From: a virus | Taxonomy: Duplodnaviria > Caudoviricetes | IMG/VR virus record: IMGVR_UViG_3300022833_000412 | Span: 1-61,215 of that record | Strand: one strand, 5' to 3' | DNA length: 61,215 nt | Part shown: piece after piece, positions 57,466 to 61,215 of the stretch | How the letters are laid out: every line of letters starts with the position of its first letter | Numbering within the stretch: the stretch's first letter is position 1 | Position numbers and translations under genes: made by a program | The notes under the pieces: generated by a model | What the model was told of the DNA's origin: nothing | Seen by the model: the letters and a program-made list of their open reading frames with translations, nothing else | Databases searched by the model: none

Positions 57466-57505
57466 TTATATTTAAAATAGCCGCATATTTATAACATATA
57501 ATAAC

Positions 57506-58354
57506 ATGAAAGCATTTAACTTAAGAAAGTACTTAACAGAGGGTATATTAAGTACCCAAGCACTTAATACTGAAGCAACCATAGAAACATCACCGGAAGA
57601 TTTAGCAAAAGTCAAAGCTGTAGCTAAAGACGACGATGTTATAAAGGTAACTGAAGACCACGGGTGGGGTTCTTCCGACCAATCCTCTATGAACAAAAGC
57701 ATACATTTAACTATGGGAAAGCCTAGGGAAATGCCATCACCGTTTGATAACACCCTTCGAGAGGTAGTGGCAGATGCTGTAGATCAATATTGGGATGAAT
57801 GGGTAGAGTATGCTGAAGGTAGGAGAGAGGATTTAATAGTTAAAGCGACTAAGTTATACCTAAGAGCCTACTTCCCTGAATACTTTGAAAAAATGCAATC
57901 AATGTTCTCTGAATCTATCGACCGGGAATTTCACTCTACGAAAAATACATCAGGTCACCCTAACCCGCAAGAGTTAAACATTCCGGAAATAGAGAAATAT
58001 ATTCAAGATAACCCTAATACATTATGGGGAAGGTCTCTATCCATCTGGAAAAGAGTGCTAGCTCAGAAAATTAAGGATGCAGACGAGAGCAGTAATTCGC
58101 TAAAAGAGAATGAAGTTCCTAACTCTGAGATTTTAGATGTTATTGATTCTATACAGACCCTAATTGAAAAGCTTAAAAGTAGTGATCCAGAAAGAAGTAG
58201 TAAGTTATTTACCTCAGCTGGTCCATTAGTAAAAGCACTCCACCAACTAGTAATTGTAGCAGAGGATGAAAATACAGATGAGATAGGAGCTGTTTACGAA
58301 ACTATTAAAGAATCTAAAAGATTACGACATTCTATGAAGCGTCAACGGCATTAG
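57506..58354 (+). CDS. Hypothetical protein, probable internal head protein
   Basis: Late box at 57486; N-terminal FNLRKYLTEG; several LxE sites. Confidence 0.7.
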   Translation: MKAFNLRKYLTEGILSTQALNTEATIETSPEDLAKVKAVAKDDDVIKVTEDHGWGSSDQSSMNKSIHLTMGKPREMPSPFDNTLREVVADAVDQYWDEWVEYAEGRREDLIVKATKLYLRAYFPEYFEKMQSMFSESIDREFHSTKNTSGHPNPQELNIPEIEKYIQDNPNTLWGRSLSIWKRVLAQKIKDADESSNSLKENEVPNSEILDVIDSIQTLIEKLKSSDPERSSKLFTSAGPLVKALHQLVIVAEDENTDEIGAVYETIKESKRLRHSMKRQRH

Positions 58355-58384
58355 AATGTAGTTCACATAAACTACCAAAAACTT

Positions 58385-58443
58385 AAAAAAGGATTGTAGA
58401 CTACAGTCGGATAATATTCGACCTATTCTAGGATCCTTTTTTT
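58385..58443. terminator. Large (possibly bidirectional) hairpin/terminator
   Basis: AAAAAAGGAT...ATCCTTTTTT closing stem with internal small hairpins. Confidence 0.55.
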
Positions 58444-58518
58444 ATGTACTAACTTACAGTTGCCTACGACTTAGCAAGTTCGTATATTTATAGTATAATA
58501 AGAAATAAATAAAAGTTT

Positions 58519-59316
58519 ATGATTAATTTTTCAAACCAAACACCGCTTACCTTAGAAGAGATAAGTGAGAAAGCACCAGCAGTTGTAGAGCAACATGCTT
58601 CACCTTTAGTTTCTAAACATTACATTCACATACCGACAACAAGGATACTTGACGATATGGCTAAATTAGGATGGAAAGTGATAGGGGCTGATCAACAGAC
58701 TTCAGGTAACCTTGATACGGATCGATATGCAAAGCATTTAGTTGCTTTTAGAAATGATAATATAGTACTCCGGACAGAGGATGGAGAGACTGTATTCCCT
58801 CAAGTATTAATTCAAAACTCTCATAACGCTTTAGGAGCCTTCTCGTTTAGTGCAGGGTTATACCGTGTAGCTTGTGCAAATGGTCTAGTAGTAGCTACTA
58901 AGAGTTTCGGATCACTTCGAATTAGACATAGGGGTTACTCTTTTGAAGAGTTGCAGGTTACAATAGTAAAGATGATAGAAGAACTTCCAGGTACAATAGA
59001 GGTATTGAATAAGTTTAGAGATGTCCAACTAAGCGAAGAGCAAAAGACAGAGTTTGCTTTAAGTGCTATGGGTATACGTTTCGCTGGTGATAAGGCAGTT
59101 GTAGAACCTAAGCTACTACTCACTCCTCTAAGAGAAGCTGATAAGGGCGATAGTCTCTGGACAGTATATAATATTCTACAAGAGAAAGTAATTAAAGGTC
59201 GTTTTGAGTATACTACTTCGACTGGTAAGGTAAGAACTGCTAAACCAATAAAAGCATTTCAGAGAGATATAAAAATGAATAAAGAACTATTCGCTTTAGC
59301 AGAGCAATTCGCATAG
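58519..59316 (+). CDS. DUF932/DUF945 family protein
   Basis: APAV, HIPT, KHLVAFR, PQVLIQNSH, AGLYRVACANGLV, IRHRG, LWTVYNILQE. Confidence 0.88.
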   Translation: MINFSNQTPLTLEEISEKAPAVVEQHASPLVSKHYIHIPTTRILDDMAKLGWKVIGADQQTSGNLDTDRYAKHLVAFRNDNIVLRTEDGETVFPQVLIQNSHNALGAFSFSAGLYRVACANGLVVATKSFGSLRIRHRGYSFEELQVTIVKMIEELPGTIEVLNKFRDVQLSEEQKTEFALSAMGIRFAGDKAVVEPKLLLTPLREADKGDSLWTVYNILQEKVIKGRFEYTTSTGKVRTAKPIKAFQRDIKMNKELFALAEQFA

Positions 59317-59319
59317 TCT

Positions 59320-59868
59320 ATGGAAACTTCTAAATATAATACCTGGGTAGCTTTCTTCTCTCAAACCGGATCCGAAATAGCTTCTATAGCAGAGGCTCTC
59401 GGCCGGTGGCCGGATAAGATTATAACAAACAAGAGACCCTCGGAAGTGAGAACTATAAGCTCAAAGTTAGCCGGAAAAGAGATTACTTATATTAGTAATA
59501 AACCAACACCAGACGAATACATTACTGCGCTAGGGGAAGGGGTTAAAGTTATAACACTACACGGATGGTTAAGGATAGTACCGCATGAAGTCATAGACAA
59601 GTATCCTAACATTTTAAACGGTCATCCGGGTATACTCCCTCTACTAGCAGGAAAGGATCCTCAAGAGAAAGCATTTCACCTGAATCTAGACGTCTCAGCT
59701 TGTGTTATACATAAGGTCTCGGTAGGAGTAGATGAAGGACCTATCTTAGAGGAGAGACTGGTGCATATAAAGGATTTGAACTTAGAGGAGGTGTACAGTG
59801 TACTTCATAAAAACTCTATAGAACTATGGATAAGTTATCTTCAAAGGTTAGACCTTTTAGTTGTCTAG
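59320..59868 (+). CDS. PurN-like formyltransferase, probably the preQ1 formyltransferase (DpdN-like)
   Basis: VAFFSQTGS, TLHGWLRIVP, ILNGHPGILP..GKDPQ, CVIHKV...VDEGPIL. No other de novo purine genes in the window, but a full preQ1 pathway is present. Confidence 0.8.
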   Translation: METSKYNTWVAFFSQTGSEIASIAEALGRWPDKIITNKRPSEVRTISSKLAGKEITYISNKPTPDEYITALGEGVKVITLHGWLRIVPHEVIDKYPNILNGHPGILPLLAGKDPQEKAFHLNLDVSACVIHKVSVGVDEGPILEERLVHIKDLNLEEVYSVLHKNSIELWISYLQRLDLLVV

Positions 59869-59919
59869 TAAATATATTCTTCGTATATTTAAGTATAATA
59901 AGATATCGAAATAGGAGTT

Positions 59920-60180
59920 ATGACAAATACAAAAACACAATACCAAAAAGACCTGCAGGTTAACTTAAACCTAAACGGCAAGGATTTCCCGAAAGGACAG
60001 TGGAACTTAGTACATTCGATAAGGGAAGTAACTCTGTTTAGTAAAGGAATAAAGCCACATAGGATGTGGAGACTGCAAGATGTAAAAAACTATTACGGAC
60101 TAAAGGGAAATACTCTCTCTATTTTGAAGCAATTAAAAATGTTGAGAAGTGAAGAGTTAAATACTACTTTAGTTGCTTAA
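59920..60180 (+). CDS. Hypothetical early protein
   Basis: 86 aa, after an early promoter. Confidence 0.65.
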   Translation: MTNTKTQYQKDLQVNLNLNGKDFPKGQWNLVHSIREVTLFSKGIKPHRMWRLQDVKNYYGLKGNTLSILKQLKMLRSEELNTTLVA

Positions 60181-60207
60181 TACAAATACTATTCGTATAT
60201 TACGTAA

Positions 60208-60657
60208 GTAATAAGTTCATTGACACAATAACAGAATATAAAAAATTATATAACAATAAACAATAGGGCATAGCGTAACTGGAGTAGCTTGGAACTACGT
60301 CAACAGCTCCTAAGACGTTAAGTAGAGATATTCTCACGAGCCCTATTGTTTATTGTTATATAAAAATATTATTAGCAGTAAAGCTGATTAAATTGAGATT
60401 AAGGTAAAGGTTAGCCTCTCATTCATGCAGTAACCTTGTAAGACCCGAAAAGCTAATTTTAAACTCTTTGATTGAAGATAAACGATAATTTTATATCTAT
60501 AACCACCATAAGAACGTTTGGTAGATAATAATTATAGACTGTATCAGCAGTTGTGTTTATTGTAGAGATGTTAGATATCTTCACGGATATATAGATTAAC
60601 CATATCGACCTAGTGTAAAGGGTAACATTCCATAACTGAAATTTGGACAAAGAGTTT
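60208..60657 (+). ncRNA. Candidate structured non-coding RNA(s)
   Basis: Promoter at 60173-60203; no credible + strand ORF. Perfect 24-bp inverted repeat (60246-60269/60340-60363), two further closed modules, and pseudoknot potential. Confidence 0.5.
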
Positions 60658-60662
60658 TATAA

Positions 60663-60773
60663 GATAAAAAGAGTGATATTGATGCTGGAGGGGAACCTTT
60701 GAAGGCTATTACAATATTAACAGCTAAAGTATTGCAGCCTTGGCAGGAGTTTATTATTCTGTATGGTTGCTAA
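60663..60773 (+). pseudogene. Start-less ORF remnant ending in the first attC-like arm
   Basis: Reads DKKSDIDAGGEPLKAITILTAKVLQPWQEFIILYGC*. The stop TAA lies inside GGTTGCTAAC. Confidence 0.35.
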
Positions 60774-60980
60774 CGGTTTGGGTATGGTTAGATTTTTAAC
60801 GGATAAATAGATAAATTATGGATAATATAGAGAAAAGTGAATTATTAGAACTTAAAACAAATCTGATAAAAGATATTAGAAAATGGAAGCCAAGCGGAGG
60901 AGATGTTCCTGATTGCTTTACAATGTTGTACGATTACGATGAGGCTGTTAAAAAATTAACTATACCCGTTGTTAGCAACC
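60765..60980. repeat. attC-like imperfect inverted repeat 1
   Basis: Left arm GGTTGCTAAC-GGTTT-GGGTAT-GGTTA-GATTTTTAAC (60765-60800); reverse complement of the right arm GGTTGCTAAC-AAC-GGGTAT-AGTTA-ATTTTTTAAC (60947-60980). Confidence 0.8.
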
Positions 60981-61084
60981 GAAGGGAACTGTTAACGGCG
61001 TATGAGTTTTATAAACGTGGGGAAATTCCTGACGATAATTGGGATATTGATTTATTCCTTGGGATTGCAAAAAGCAGTTTATAG
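60818..61084 (+). CDS. Hypothetical cassette-like protein reading through the hairpin arm
   Basis: 88 aa. Starts in the loop of hairpin 1, the right arm encodes KKLTIPVVSN, and the stop abuts hairpin 2. Confidence 0.7.
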   Translation: MDNIEKSELLELKTNLIKDIRKWKPSGGDVPDCFTMLYDYDEAVKKLTIPVVSNRRELLTAYEFYKRGEIPDDNWDIDLFLGIAKSSL

Positions 61085-61185
61085 TTGGTAACGACCTTAA
61101 TAAAATGAGTAGTGCATCTTCACTACACTTGGATAGAAGCAAAACGGCTGCAATGCACTATTCAATTTATTTATTGTTAGCAGCT
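61083..61185. repeat. attC-like imperfect inverted repeat 2
   Basis: Left arm AGTTGGTAAC-GACC-TTAATAAAATGAGTAGTGCAT; reverse complement of the right arm AGCTGCTAAC-AA-TAAATAAATTGAATAGTGCAT. Confidence 0.75.
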
Positions 61186-61215
61186 TTTAAATTTAATATT
61201 ATGAGATTTTACAAA

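Noticed and set aside
59320-59868. Formyltransferase as an auxiliary purine-biosynthesis gene (purN)
   Set aside because: No other pur genes lie in the window and the preQ1 pathway gives a better explanation; not excluded without an assay.
60371-60457. Hammerhead ribozyme in module 2
   Set aside because: CTGATTA and GAAA are present, but the core CUGANGA is not matched and the stems do not flank the motifs as required.
511-60650. Minus-strand ORFs and short alternative-frame ORFs in the ORF track (e.g. 16122-16406, 20433-20621, 42061-42420)
   Set aside because: Almost all overlap well-supported + strand genes, have no recognisable motifs and lack the genome's promoter/start context; treated as shadows.
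1-61215. Stop-codon reassignment (TAG or TGA recoding)
   Set aside because: Conserved genes are full length in code 11 and several end properly at TAG or TGA; coding density is already high.
1-61215. tRNA, tmRNA or rRNA genes
   Set aside because: No cloverleaf or T-arm (GTTCGAATCC-like) pattern was noticed in intergenic regions; a tRNAscan-SE or ARAGORN run would be needed to exclude divergent ones.

Overview
This window is a 61-kb, AT-rich segment of a large lytic myovirus (contractile tail), with essentially all genes on the + strand. The host is almost certainly Bacteroidota/Flavobacteriales: more than 25 promoters of the form TTG-N20-TATATT(T/A)A, no Shine-Dalgarno sites, and DUF4494-like and histone-H1/Hc1-like genes. 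Gene order: tail sheath, tube, chaperone, tape measure and baseplate (1-13.4 kb); replication and recombination (short PolA-like protein, gp32-like SSB, UvsX/RecA, 5'-3' exonuclease, DnaB-like helicase, class II RNR; 13.4-22.5 kb); lysis (22.6-24.7 kb); full PolA, GroES/GroEL and a Cas4-like nuclease; a 12x10-bp GANTC repeat array next to a ribbon-helix-helix gene (candidate origin); a glycosyltransferase/aminotransferase/methyltransferase cluster (39-47.4 kb); and an early-gene region. A dispersed but complete 7-deazaguanine pathway (queF, queC, queE, queD, folE, a TGT/DpdA-like gene and a PurN-like formyltransferase) predicts formyl-preQ1 DNA. Most notable observations: (1) the helicase is split at its Walker A motif by an atypically split intein (62-aa IntN, 136-aa IntC); (2) the right end carries attC-like imperfect hairpins with an ORF that reads through a hairpin arm (a possible cassette-shuffling array), preceded by a promoter-driven, highly structured ~450-nt non-coding region; (3) a probable +1/-2 programmed frameshift in the tail chaperone; (4) many genes appear to be leaderless. 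All product calls come from motif recognition by eye; no database searches were run.
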